Notes: generated by a model from the sequence alone, not told the origin. A stretch of DNA of 64,000 nt from an uncultured delta proteobacterium (GCA_963708295.1 CAVPSJ010000015.1:256001-320000); one strand, 5' to 3'; counted from the first letter of the stretch, positions 10,230 through 19,935 are shown. Program-made: numbers and translations.

Positions 10230-11018
10230 TTAAAGATATTCGATCCCACCTTTCAACGGAGCCGAAGGGGCAAAGAATTTGAACAGCCCCGATAATAACA
10301 AGGGGTCACTTTGATTCCCTAAATCATCTCTGGAAGTAATTCCGATATGATACGTTCCAGGTTCTGTTGGGAACTCCAGCCAATCATCCGGGATGATCAA
10401 CTCCGTCTTCCCAATCACTATTTTTGAAATGATTCCCGGCGTTGTCTCCCACGAAAAGTGATCAGGTTCAAGAGGTGTTCTGTCTCTGCTCACATACACT
10501 TCGTAGCCGCTTGCTTCGGAAACGGATTCCCACCAAATTCTTCGTTTACGAACCCATGGCGTAATTTTCTCTCTCCTCCTTGACTCAACTGCCTCCATTG
10601 AACCGTCTGCTCTAAACCCTTTTTCTGATAAAATTGACTTCAACAACGTAGCGATCTCCCCAATTGTGATCGAACCCTTATTAAAGAAATAATCAGGCTT
10701 CCCTTGGGTGGCTAACTTTCGAATTTCTTGTGGGTCACAGCTTGTAAGAAGGATAATCAGGATATTTGGGTGACTGGCTTTTATCTTTCTCGTTAGTTCA
10801 AGGCCGTTTTCCCCGGGTAATATGAAATCCATGAAGATTAGATTTGGCGGACAAGAATCGATTTCCTTTAACGCCTCTACCCCGTCCGCTGCTTCAACAA
10901 TAGACATGGAAGGGAACTCAGACTTTAGGTAAAGTCTAACTACTTGTCTGAAGGAATAGTTATCTTCGACGAGCATCGTTCTAAACACAATATTTCTGTC
11001 TTCCAGAGTTAACATCAC
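10230..11018 (-). CDS. Response regulator receiver domain fused to a beta-rich (FnIII-like) C-terminal domain
   Basis: LVEDN, IFMDFILPGENGLEL, ILLTS receiver motifs; C-terminal WESVSEASGYEVY...GTYHIGITSRDDLGNQSD. Confidence 0.75.
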   Translation of the reverse strand: MMLTLEDRNIVFRTMLVEDNYSFRQVVRLYLKSEFPSMSIVEAADGVEALKEIDSCPPNLIFMDFILPGENGLELTRKIKASHPNILIILLTSCDPQEIRKLATQGKPDYFFNKGSITIGEIATLLKSILSEKGFRADGSMEAVESRRREKITPWVRKRRIWWESVSEASGYEVYVSRDRTPLEPDHFSWETTPGIISKIVIGKTELIIPDDWLEFPTEPGTYHIGITSRDDLGNQSDPLLLSGLFKFFAPSAPLKGGIEYL

Positions 11019-11039
11019 TGTATTTTAAATGCGATGGAT

Positions 11040-11273
11040 TTATTTCACCGTGATCTCTCCTCTGTCCTGATCCTTCCAATTTTGATTGCTTCTCAACCGC
11101 TCCTCAACCCGTCGCCAGACGTCTTCCTCTTTCTTGCCCGGATTCTTTTCAAAGAAGTCCTTCCACGCCAGATCCATTTCCTCCCTCATTTTTTGCTTTG
11201 CACGCAAAAATGGAACCTCCCATTTCAGTGAGTCGTTCCTCGTGTCTATTCCCACTTTTGCTTTATGGTCCAT
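11040..11273 (-). CDS. Small hypothetical protein downstream of riboswitch candidate
   Basis: 77-aa ORF with SD GGAGG; REEMDLAWKDFF resembles N-termini of small heat-shock proteins (weak). Confidence 0.55.
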   Translation of the reverse strand: MDHKAKVGIDTRNDSLKWEVPFLRAKQKMREEMDLAWKDFFEKNPGKKEEDVWRRVEERLRSNQNWKDQDRGEITVK

Positions 11274-11364
11274 CTAAAGTACCTCCAACTAATTTTGTTT
11301 ATAGATGAACTCAAAAATAAAGCCTCCACCTCTTAAAAAGGCCAAACTTACCTAAGCCTCTTCC

Positions 11365-11445
11365 TTCAGCGGCTCAGCCACCTTCAACTTTAAAAGGCCT
11401 ACCGTTTTCAGCCCCATCCTCACGGAAGGTTTGGTTTTATTGAGC
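11365..11445 (-). ncRNA. GEMM-I (c-di-GMP-I / cGAMP) riboswitch candidate
   Basis: Minus strand ACCAAACCTTCC-GTGA-GGATGGGGCTGAAAACGGTAGGCCTT...AAGGTGGCTGAGCCGCTGAA fits the GEMM P2 (GNRA loop)/P3 layout. Confidence 0.65.
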
Positions 11446-12102
11446 ATTAAATTCCTTATCCTTTAGGTTTTTCTTATTTGGAAGACCCTTTAAAACACTT
11501 AAGTCAGAGGGAAGATTTGAATATGCTGATGGATCTGACTTTCTGGAGGAAGAGTCTAATTTGTATAGTCGAACTTTTAAAGGTCTTTCTCCATCCATCA
11601 CCCCCTTCGGAAAGAGAAAGTTTGTTAAGGTCTTAGATTTAGTACGACACAAAACGAATCCTTTGTCAATGCCAAAATAGGCTTGTGAAGATTATCTTTT
11701 AAGGATTATCACTTGCTGGTATAACGACATGGATTCTAGACCCGACGACTCCAGGAGGTAATGGAGGAACCATTAACTGACGAGGCCCGAAGGCAATGTG
11801 GGTCTGAATGAAATAGAAATCACTCGATCTACTCAAGGATCTGGAACAGCTTCTGGACCGATTGCCTGGTAAGCATAATAGCATCTTTACAGGTCTTCAT
11901 TCTGTCATCCCATTCCCTTTGCTCTAGGGGGCCAAGTCCAGAGAGGTCCAGTTGACTAAAAAACCGCATAGCTCATCGAGATGGAAGGAAATCCGTTCCA
12001 GTGAAACTCTGTTTCTTTCTTTCTCAATTTCCATCGCCGTGCCTTCCCTATCTTAGATCACCTGGAAAAGATAACTGCACACTAGATATGCCGAATATTG
12101 GC

Positions 12103-12345
12103 TTAACTTTTAATGTCTATTGGATGGTTATTGAAAGACAGATCGTGCCAAAGAACTCCTCCTGAAAGACCATCTACTCTCATCGGCTTGAAAAATATGT
12201 TCTTGCTATCCACATTATCACCTAAAAGCATTTTCCCCCAAGTCATGACAGAGTCGTTGGTTATTCTCGTTGGGTTCTTTCTTCTCTCTGGGAGAACCCC
12301 GATGAGCTCATAGCCTTTTGTCTTATTAAATGTGTACAGCTGGCT
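12103..12345 (-). pseudogene. 5'-truncated small hypothetical protein gene
   Basis: QLYTFNKTKGYELIGVLPERRKNPTRITNDSVMTWGK... reads as real coding sequence but has no own start; begins just after the stop of the upstream gene. Confidence 0.5.
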
Positions 12346-12355
12346 CTTACAATGT

Positions 12356-13639
12356 TCAGTCCGGGGGAGTGTGTTGACCCTGTGCGGAACACCCGGAATG
12401 ATACAGGCGGCCGGCGTTGGGCGGAACGGCAATCTTTAGGCGACCGTCCTCAGCGTTCAGCGTTTTCCCAGTGAAGACGTCGACGAATGCGGCGTCCTTC
12501 GTGTTCAGTGGAATCTCCACCGTTTGCGCCTCCCGGTCCGGGTTCACCGCCACGACGCCCTTTTCGTAGACCCTGTAGTGGACTCCGTTGCCCGATCGGA
12601 TGTCATCGATGGGCCTGCCGATCCGCACCTGGTTCAAGTCGTCGTAGTGCGACCAGAGAAAACCCGACAGCTTCGCGCAGGCATACGCATAGAAGGCATT
12701 TTCCTTGCGTTGCTCTTCGTTCTCGCCCCCAACATAGCTCAAAGCAAGAACCGCCTTGCCGCGATCCACGTAGTGCCGCCAGTCGTCCGCCGCCTTCCTC
12801 ACCTGCTCCCAATCCTGTCTGCGCTGGGCGTTCCCAAAGATGTACGACTCCCACATTAATCCGTCCGAGCATTCGGCATATTCCTCGCGTAAATCCCCAG
12901 AGTTCAACACACATACTTTGTCGTCACCGTAGCTCTTCACCAAGCGGCGCACTTCGGCGAGAAGCATCTTGTAGGTCTCCGGGTTGTTCTTATCAGCATG
13001 AACGTGTTTGTGCTTGCCGCGTTCCGGCCCAAAACAGACCTCAGGATGGACATTGTCGATGAACAACCCATCAAAGCCCAGGTTCATAATTCCGCGCACG
13101 CCTCGCAGAACCGCCTCGGAATAGCCTTCAACATTCGTACAAACCTGACTCCAGCCGGCCACATAGTTCGGGTCGTTAAAGGGACGCTTGACCTCGCCGT
13201 TCTCGCCGATCAGCCTCCAATCGGGGTGGTTCGATAAATCTACCGCTTGCCAGAACGGATTCCGCTTGCATTCCTCGACACCCGGTGAACCGCCCTCCCA
13301 TCGGCGCCGGTCCTCCACGTCGGGGATCGCTGGCGCCTTGTAGAAGGAAACGTAGGCAATCGAGCGGATACCGGAATTATGGAACTCATGGACCCATTTC
13401 TGATTGGAGCACGGCTGCCCCCAGTCAATGAACGAGAACGCCTGGTAAGTGCGGATTTCCTCCTCGGAAGCCAGATCCGAGTACCACAAGCCGTACGTCT
13501 CGGCCTCGTAGAGCCACGTCGGGGCTTTGTCTGGTCGCGCGGGATCCGCAGCGCTGGCAATGGTCATCCAAAGCATCAGCGCCACGGGGATCAGCGACAT
13601 GATAGGCAGCAGGCGGTGTCGAGCGGGCAGTCGAGACAT
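12356..13639 (-). CDS. Secreted putative glycoside hydrolase (GH114/GHL-like TIM barrel)
   Basis: Signal peptide (TIASA-AD); GIRSIAYVS, LGFDGLFIDNV, DGLMWES; C-terminal RVYEKGVVAVNP beta domain; GC-richer than flanks. Confidence 0.7.
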   Translation of the reverse strand: MSRLPARHRLLPIMSLIPVALMLWMTIASAADPARPDKAPTWLYEAETYGLWYSDLASEEEIRTYQAFSFIDWGQPCSNQKWVHEFHNSGIRSIAYVSFYKAPAIPDVEDRRRWEGGSPGVEECKRNPFWQAVDLSNHPDWRLIGENGEVKRPFNDPNYVAGWSQVCTNVEGYSEAVLRGVRGIMNLGFDGLFIDNVHPEVCFGPERGKHKHVHADKNNPETYKMLLAEVRRLVKSYGDDKVCVLNSGDLREEYAECSDGLMWESYIFGNAQRRQDWEQVRKAADDWRHYVDRGKAVLALSYVGGENEEQRKENAFYAYACAKLSGFLWSHYDDLNQVRIGRPIDDIRSGNGVHYRVYEKGVVAVNPDREAQTVEIPLNTKDAAFVDVFTGKTLNAEDGRLKIAVPPNAGRLYHSGCSAQGQHTPPD

Positions 13640-13725
13640 TTGTGGCGCTCCTTGGGGAGGACAACGAGAATGCCATTGGGGCAGCCTTAAGGATAAGAAA
13701 AGGATAAGAACTTGCTTTGGAACGA

Positions 13726-13761
13726 GTTGAATCTACAATAAAGGAAATAGTCTGTCAAGAA
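13726..13761 (-). promoter_or_regulatory. sigma70-type promoter module, copy 1
   Basis: Minus strand TTCTTGACA-N17-TAGATT-CAAC; 31/36 identical to 34618-34653. Confidence 0.7.
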
Positions 13762-13852
13762 TAACCGAAAAACATGGGAATGTCTCTCTTTTCCATTCGA
13801 GCGTCAGCCCGGCAAGAAGAAGCACACTAATGATTACCGAAGGAAACAAACA

Positions 13853-13884
13853 AAAAAGGCAGAGCCATTTGACCCTGCCTTTTC
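13853..13884 (-). terminator. Intrinsic terminator-like hairpin without an adjacent upstream gene
   Basis: AAAAAAGGCAGAGCC-ATTT-GACCCTGCCTTTT; similar to 36986-37022. Confidence 0.55.
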
Positions 13885-13988
13885 CCTCCTGTGATTAGAT
13901 TGTATAAATTTATTTTGTTGCAATTCTATTTGCAAAACCTCAGAGAGATGATTATTTTAGTTAGAGTGTCATCTGTGGGGGTGAAGAG

Positions 13989-16580
13989 ATGGATCCGAAT
14001 AAATTGACGTTGAAAGCCCAGGAGGCTTTGCAGGAAGCAAAATCCATTGCCGAGAAGAAACATCACCAGCAAATCGAGGTGGAGCACCTCTTGTCGGCCC
14101 TCCTCGCCCAGAAAGACGGGATCGTCATTCCGATTCTCCAGAAGTTAGGGGCAAACCCGGATTTGATTCATTCCCAGTTGGAGAACGAATTGAGCCGGAT
14201 TTCCCAGGTGACGGGCAGGGGGGCGGGGCAGGTTTATCTCTCCAGCCGGGCCAATGAAGTTCTGAACGCGGGCTGGAAAGAAGCCGAGGCTTTGACGGAT
14301 GAGTACCTCTCCACGGAGCATCTTCTGATCGCCATTGCGGATGAGAAGCAGGGAGCCTCCTATCAAATTCTTCAGAGGAACGGGGTGACCAAGGATGCGA
14401 TCTTCAGGGTGCTCCAGGAGATCCGGGGGGCCCAGCGGGTGACCGACCAGAATCCGGAGGACAAATACCAGGCCCTCAAGCGCTACAGCCGGGACCTCAC
14501 GGAGGAGGCGAGGAAGGGAAAGCTCGATCCGGTCATCGGCCGGGACGAAGAAATCCGGAGGGTGATTCAGGTCCTTTCGAGAAGGACCAAGAATAACCCG
14601 GTTCTGATCGGGGAGCCTGGCGTTGGAAAAACCGCGATCGTCGAAGGGCTGGCCCAGCGAATCGTGAAAGGCGATGTCCCCGAGACATTGAAGAATAAGA
14701 AGCTGGTGGCCCTCGACCTGGGCGCCATGATCGCAGGGGCCAAATTCAGAGGTGAATTCGAAGACCGGCTGAAGGCTGTTTTGAAAGAGATTTCGAATGC
14801 GGCGGGCAACATCATCCTTTTCATCGATGAACTCCATACCCTGGTGGGGGCGGGCGCAGCCGAAGGCGCCATCGACGCCTCCAACATGCTGAAGCCGGCC
14901 CTGGCTCGCGGGGAACTCCGCTGTGTCGGGGCGACGACGCTCAATGAATACCGGAAGTATGTCGAGAAGGACGCGGCGTTGGAGCGGCGGTTCCAGCCGA
15001 TCTACGTCAGCCAGCCCACCGTCGAGGATACCATTGCCATTCTCAGGGGATTGAAGGAGCGGTACGAGGTCCACCATGGCGTGAAGATCCTGGACTCGGC
15101 GATCATCGCTGCGGCCATGCTTTCCCATCGCTACATTGCGGATCGCTTCCTTCCCGACAAAGCCGTGGATCTGATCGACGAGGCGGCGTCGAGGCTTCGA
15201 ATCGAGATCGACAGCGTCCCGGTGGAGATCGATGAAGTTCAGCGGAAGGTCATGCAACTGGAGATCGAGCGTCAGGCGTTGAAAAAGGAGAAGGACAAGG
15301 CCTCCGTGGAAAGGCTGAAAAAAATCGAAAAAGAGTTGGCCGATTTAAAAGAAGAGGTGAAAGAAAAGTCGCTCAGGTGGGAGAATGAGAAGAAGGCCAT
15401 TTCGAGAATCCACCAGATCAAAGAACAGATCGAGAAGACGAAGCAGATGATGAAAGAGGCCGAGCGGGAAGTAAACTATTCCAGGCTGGCCGAGCTGCAA
15501 TACGGAGAAATGGCAAGACTCGAGGGCGAGTTGAAGAAAGAAGAGGAGAGACTCGCAGCCGTCCAAAAGAGCGGGAAGATGCTCAAGGAAGAAGTGGATG
15601 AAGAGGATGTGGCTGAAGTGGTTTCCAAGTGGACCGGCATTCCGGTTTCGAGGATGCTGGAAGGAGAGATGGAGAAGCTGGTCCATATGGAGGAGAGGCT
15701 GAAGCAGCGGGTCATCGGTCAGGATGACGCGGTCGTCGCCGTTTCGAACGCCGTGAGAAGGGCCAGGGCGGGATTGCAGGACCCCAATCGGCCCATCGGT
15801 TCCTTCATTTTCATGGGACCCACGGGTGTCGGAAAGACAGAGCTTGCGCGGGCCCTGGCTGAGTTTTTGTTCGATGATGAGCAGGCGATGGTCAGAATCG
15901 ATATGTCCGAATACATGGAGAAACATTCTGTCGCCCGGCTGATCGGCGCGCCGCCCGGGTATGTGGGATACGAGGAAGGGGGTTTTCTCACCGAGGCGGT
16001 TCGAAGAAGACCTTATTCCATTGTCCTCATGGACGAGATTGAGAAGGCACATCCTGAAGTGTTCAACATCCTCCTGCAGATTTTGGACGATGGGAGGCTG
16101 ACCGATGGCCACGGTCGAACGGTTGATTTCAAGAATACGGTCGTCATCATGACCTCCAACATCGGAAGCCAGTGGATTACCGACCTGGGAGAGAAGGACT
16201 ACGAGGAGATGCGGCGTCGGGTGCTGGACGCGGTCAGGGCGCATTTCAAGCCCGAGTTTTTGAACCGTGTTGACGAGTTGGTCATCTTCCGCAGTCTGGG
16301 GCTGGAGCAGATTAAGGCGATTGTTGAAATTCAAGTGAAGAAACTTGAGAAGCGCCTGCTGGAAAGACGAATACAACTTAAAATAACGGAAAGAGCGAAA
16401 GAATGGTTAGCCAACGAGGGGTTTGATCCTGCCTATGGAGCGCGACCACTTAAACGAGTGATTCAAAAGGAGATTCAGGATAAGTTAGCCTTGCGGATTT
16501 TAGAAGGCAAATTTAAAGAAGGCAGTGCAGTCACTGCGGACGTGGATGAAAGAAAAGGGGAACTGGTATTCAAGGCATAG
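13989..16580 (+). CDS. clpB: ATP-dependent chaperone ClpB
   Basis: [21 protein letters not shown], coiled-coil M domain, [35 protein letters not shown]. Confidence 0.98.
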   Translation: MDPNKLTLKAQEALQEAKSIAEKKHHQQIEVEHLLSALLAQKDGIVIPILQKLGANPDLIHSQLENELSRISQVTGRGAGQVYLSSRANEVLNAGWKEAEALTDEYLSTEHLLIAIADEKQGASYQILQRNGVTKDAIFRVLQEIRGAQRVTDQNPEDKYQALKRYSRDLTEEARKGKLDPVIGRDEEIRRVIQVLSRRTKNNPVLIGEPGVGKTAIVEGLAQRIVKGDVPETLKNKKLVALDLGAMIAGAKFRGEFEDRLKAVLKEISNAAGNIILFIDELHTLVGAGAAEGAIDASNMLKPALARGELRCVGATTLNEYRKYVEKDAALERRFQPIYVSQPTVEDTIAILRGLKERYEVHHGVKILDSAIIAAAMLSHRYIADRFLPDKAVDLIDEAASRLRIEIDSVPVEIDEVQRKVMQLEIERQALKKEKDKASVERLKKIEKELADLKEEVKEKSLRWENEKKAISRIHQIKEQIEKTKQMMKEAEREVNYSRLAELQYGEMARLEGELKKEEERLAAVQKSGKMLKEEVDEEDVAEVVSKWTGIPVSRMLEGEMEKLVHMEERLKQRVIGQDDAVVAVSNAVRRARAGLQDPNRPIGSFIFMGPTGVGKTELARALAEFLFDDEQAMVRIDMSEYMEKHSVARLIGAPPGYVGYEEGGFLTEAVRRRPYSIVLMDEIEKAHPEVFNILLQILDDGRLTDGHGRTVDFKNTVVIMTSNIGSQWITDLGEKDYEEMRRRVLDAVRAHFKPEFLNRVDELVIFRSLGLEQIKAIVEIQVKKLEKRLLERRIQLKITERAKEWLANEGFDPAYGARPLKRVIQKEIQDKLALRILEGKFKEGSAVTADVDERKGELVFKA

Positions 16581-16601
16581 AGTTATAACTTAACAATGTT
16601 C

Positions 16602-16630
16602 TTGACAATATTTTAAAAAACTGTTATGAA
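16602..16630 (+). promoter_or_regulatory. sigma70 promoter for tRNA-Val/thrS
   Basis: TTGACA-N17-TATGAA. Confidence 0.6.
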
Positions 16631-16687
16631 TACAACGTTTTGCCAAAGTCTGCCTGCTCTGTGCGGCGGAAGGCAAAGGAGTTCTGA

Positions 16688-16762
16688 AGGCACGTAGCTC
16701 AGGGGGAGAGCGCTACCTTGACGCGGTAGAAGTCTGGGGTTCAAATCCCCACGTGCCTACCA
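16688..16762 (+). tRNA. tRNA-Val(GAC)
   Basis: Acceptor stem AGGCACG/CGTGCCT, anticodon arm CTACC-TTGACGC-GGTAG, GGTTCAAATCC T-arm, CCA end. Confidence 0.97.
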
Positions 16763-16835
16763 TTGGCCGAAACCTGCCCCGGAAGGCCCGCTTGCAGGCG
16801 GGTCAAGGGGCACAACATATACGAAACTTCCTCTT

Positions 16836-16868
16836 CGGGAAGCCCCGACCTGTGGGCGGGGAGCTTCA
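16836..16868 (+). mobile_element. IS200/IS605-like end palindrome (orphan)
   Basis: CGGGAAGCCCCGACCTGTGGGCGGGGAGCTTCA; near-copy at 52761-52793. Confidence 0.5.
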
Positions 16869-16933
16869 AACCAATTCTTTAAAAAGTGAAACATAACTTA
16901 TTGAAGAAACATACAATTTGATGAAAACAACAC

Positions 16934-16974
16934 GAAGAGGCATCATTCAGATTTATTTTGAGTGATGCCTCTTC
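16934..16974 (+). other. Stable hairpin in thrS leader (terminator or processing/operator stem)
   Basis: GAAGAGGCATCATTCA ... TGAGTGATGCCTCTTC inverted repeat. Confidence 0.55.
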
Positions 16975-17003
16975 CGCTTCAGTTCAAGCAGGATGACCGA
17001 AGA

Positions 17004-18897
17004 ATGAATGAACAGGTGACCCTCACCATCGATGGCGAGAAGCGATCGGTCCCGAAGGGAATGAAGCTCGAAGCATTGGCCGGTCCGCGGGACAAGGACG
17101 CTGTTGCAGCGCAGGTCAATGGAGCGGTCCTTGATCTCAGTAGGACGGTGGAGAAAGATGCAGCCGTTTCATTCATCGCCATTCATTCGAAAAAAGGGTT
17201 AGAGATATTGCGCCATTCTGCCGCGCATGTCATGGCCGAGGCAGTGAGGGAACTGTTTCCGAGCGTTAAGATGACCTTTGGTCCCTCTACCGAAAATGGC
17301 TTCTATTATGATTTCGACTTTGATCGAACCTTTACACCTCAAGATCTTGAGACGATAGAAAAAAGGATGTCCGAGATCATTGCGAAGGACGAGCCCTTTC
17401 TTCGTAAAGAGGTGTCAAAAGAGGAAGCCGTCAAGACCTTTGAAGAAATGGGGCAAACCTATAAAGTGGAACACCTGGAGGAGCTTCCCGATCGTGTTTC
17501 TCTCTACCGGCAAGGGAGTTTCGTGGATCTCTGTGAAGGCCCCCATCTCCCTTCGACGGGGAGGATTAAGGCCTTTCGGCTCTTGAATGTATCGGGGACT
17601 TATTGGAGAGGGGACGCCCGGAATCAGGTCCTCCAGAGGATTTACGGAACGGCGTTTCCGACCCAGCAGGCCTTGGAGGAATTTCTCCACATGCTTGAGG
17701 AGGCCCGCAAACGGGACCACCGAAAACTGGGGAAGGAGCTGGATCTCTTCAGCCTGAGCGAAGAGGCAGGCCCGGGTCTGGTGATCTATCACCCCAAAGG
17801 CGCCATGCTCCGGACGATCCTGGAAGATTTTGAGAAGAAGGAACATTTGAAACGGGGATATCAGATCGTCATCGGCCCCCATCTCCTCCGGATGGAGCTT
17901 TGGCAGCAGTCGGGCCATTTCGAAAACTATCGGGATAAGATGTACTTCACCAAAGTCGAGGACGTGGAGTATGGAATCAAGCCGATGAACTGCCTTGCCC
18001 ACATGCTCATCTATAAATCCCAGATTCGAAGCTATCGAGATCTTCCGATCCGATATTTCGAGTTGGGAACGGTCTACCGGCATGAGAAATCCGGCGAGCT
18101 CCATGGTCTTCTTCGGGTCAGAGGGTTTACTCAGGATGATGCCCATATCCTCTGCCGGCCGGATCAATTGAACGAGGAGATCTGCTCCATCATCGAATTC
18201 GTGGATGATGTGATGAAGATCTTTGGTTTCGAGTATGAGATCGAACTCAGCACCCGGCCGGAAAAGTCGATCGGCTCGCAGGAGGATTGGGAGAGGGCGA
18301 CGCAAGCCCTGATTCATGCCCTCAAGACAAAAAACCTTCCCTACGATGTGCAATGAAGGGGAGGGGGCTTTTTACGGTCCGAAGATTGACATCAAGCTCA
18401 AAGATGCCCTTCACCGAAGGTGGCAGTGTGCGACGATTCAGGTGGACTTTGCCCTGCCCGAACGGTTTGACCTGACCTACGTGGGAAGCGATGGAGAACG
18501 GCACCGGCCCGTCATGCTTCACCGGGTGATCCTCGGCGCGATGGAGAGGTTCATCGGAGTGTTGATTGAACACTATGCCGGGGCATTTCCGGTCTGGCTC
18601 GCTCCGACCCAGGCGATTCTGATGACCGTGACCGATCGGCAGATCGAGTACGCCGAGGGGGTTTACCGCCAGCTCGTTCAAAAAGGAGTGCGCATGGAAA
18701 AGGACTTCCGGAATGAGAAGCTGGGGTTCAAGATTCGGGAAGCCCAGCTTCAGAAGATCCCCTACATGCTTGTGGCCGGGGATCGGGAAGTGAAAGAGGG
18801 AACCCTGGCTCCACGAAAACGAAGCGGCGAAACATTGAAGTCGATGACGGTAGAGGATATCGTCAAACAAATCGAATCCGAATACCCAATAATATAA
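17004..18897 (+). CDS. thrS: Threonyl-tRNA synthetase (split by a +1 frameshift near 18350, probably a sequencing error)
   Basis: TGS domain, [39 protein letters not shown]; second frame continues [13 protein letters not shown]...QCATIQVDF. Confidence 0.95.
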
Positions 18898-18900
18898 TTG

Positions 18901-19105
18901 AATTGCAGATTGAAAAATCTGAGATCCAAAGCAAACCAAGAATGTCATTCCGGAGAAATCCGGAATCCAGTGTTTTGAAGGTATTCCGAACTAACTGGAC
19001 CCCGGTTTTTACCGGGGCGACGCCTAAATAAGATAAGAATAGATTGCAGATCGCAAATTGCAGATTGAAAAGTCTGAAATCCAAAATCTGAAATTTGAAA
19101 TCGAA
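18901..19105. repeat. REP-like hairpin pair flanked by a 30-bp direct repeat and heptamer arms
   Basis: TGTCATTCCGGAGAAATCCGGAATCCAG...CTGGACCCCGGTTTTTACCGGGGCGACG (18943-19022); AATTGCAGATTGAAAA(A/G)TCTGA(G/A)ATCCAAA at 18901 and 19056. Confidence 0.75.
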
Positions 19106-19122
19106 AGAAGGAGGTGATGCTT

Positions 19123-19647
19123 ATCGCAAGGGATGTTCGAATTAATCGAGAGATTCGAGCGAAAGAGGTAAGGGTCATTGACCCGGAGGGGAAGCAGTTG
19201 GGGGTCTTACCAGCCTACGAGGCGCTTCGGCTGGCAACGGGTTTTGAGTTAGACCTGGTGGAGGTTTCACCGAAATCGGAGCCGCCCGTCTGCCGCATCA
19301 TGGATTACGGGAAGTTCAAGTATCAGCAGAGCAAGAAGGCGCATGATGCGAAAAAGAAGCAGGTCGTTGTCCATCTTAAAGAAGTGAAGATGAGGCCGAA
19401 GACCGAGGAGCACGATTTTCAATTTAAGCTTAAGCATATCGAACGATTTCTGAAAGAGGGAAATAAGACCAAGGTGACCATTGTTTTTCGGGGAAGGGAG
19501 CTCGCCCATCCTGACCTGGGGAGAAACATGCTGGGCAGGATTACGGAGGAGGCCAAGGAGTGGGCGAAGGTCGAGCTGGCTCCCAAATTTGAAGGAAGAA
19601 ATTTCATCATGGTCTTAGCTCCTCTCCAGAGTCAAAAACCATCTTAA
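19123..19647 (+). CDS. infC: Translation initiation factor IF-3 (probable ATC start)
   Basis: RINREIRAKEVRVID, LDLVEVSP, CRIMDYGKFKY, FRGRE; SD AGGAGGTG lies 6 nt before ATC. Confidence 0.95.
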   Translation: MARDVRINREIRAKEVRVIDPEGKQLGVLPAYEALRLATGFELDLVEVSPKSEPPVCRIMDYGKFKYQQSKKAHDAKKKQVVVHLKEVKMRPKTEEHDFQFKLKHIERFLKEGNKTKVTIVFRGRELAHPDLGRNMLGRITEEAKEWAKVELAPKFEGRNFIMVLAPLQSQKPS

Positions 19648-19736
19648 AGAGACTTGTGTCGGTGTGAGTGTCGGTGTCAGCTTTGCCTTGCACACACAGA
19701 CACTGTCACTGTCACGATGAATCAAAGGAGAAACAC

Positions 19737-19935
19737 GTGCCAAAATTGAAGACCAATCGAGGAGCAGCAAAACGGTTTAAGAAGACCGGGACGGGGAAGA
19801 TAAAAGCCAAGAGGGCCTTTGCACGTCATATTCTGACGAAAAAGTCGACCAGTCGAAAGCGAGGCCTCCGGAGGCCGAAGGTGCATCGAGAAGACGGACT
19901 CCAAGGGGATCAAGAAGCTGGTCCCGTACATTTAA
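19737..19935 (+). CDS. rpmI: 50S ribosomal protein L35 (+1 frameshift near 19882)
   Basis: [23 protein letters not shown]...HILTKK; corrected C-terminus [16 protein letters not shown]. Confidence 0.93.

Noticed and set aside
13726-13732. Integron attI/attC core (GTTGAAT fits GTTRRRY)
   Set aside because: It is on the opposite strand to the associated genes; no attC palindromes or IntI are visible
14145-16376. Long antisense ORFs opposite clpB (also opposite thrS, pheT, ALDH, KS and panB)
   Set aside because: Shadow ORFs arising from codon bias of the true genes; no recognisable motifs
18340-18360. Programmed frameshifting or pseudogenisation of thrS (and of rpmI ~19882, cls ~27556, PEP-CTERM ~330, DUF4282 ~25395, CoA ligases ~30092 and ~63390/63590, GntR ~63080)
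   Set aside because: thrS is essential, no slippery heptamers are evident, and the indels are scattered, mostly single-base insertions; this fits long-read consensus error. Read pileups would settle it.
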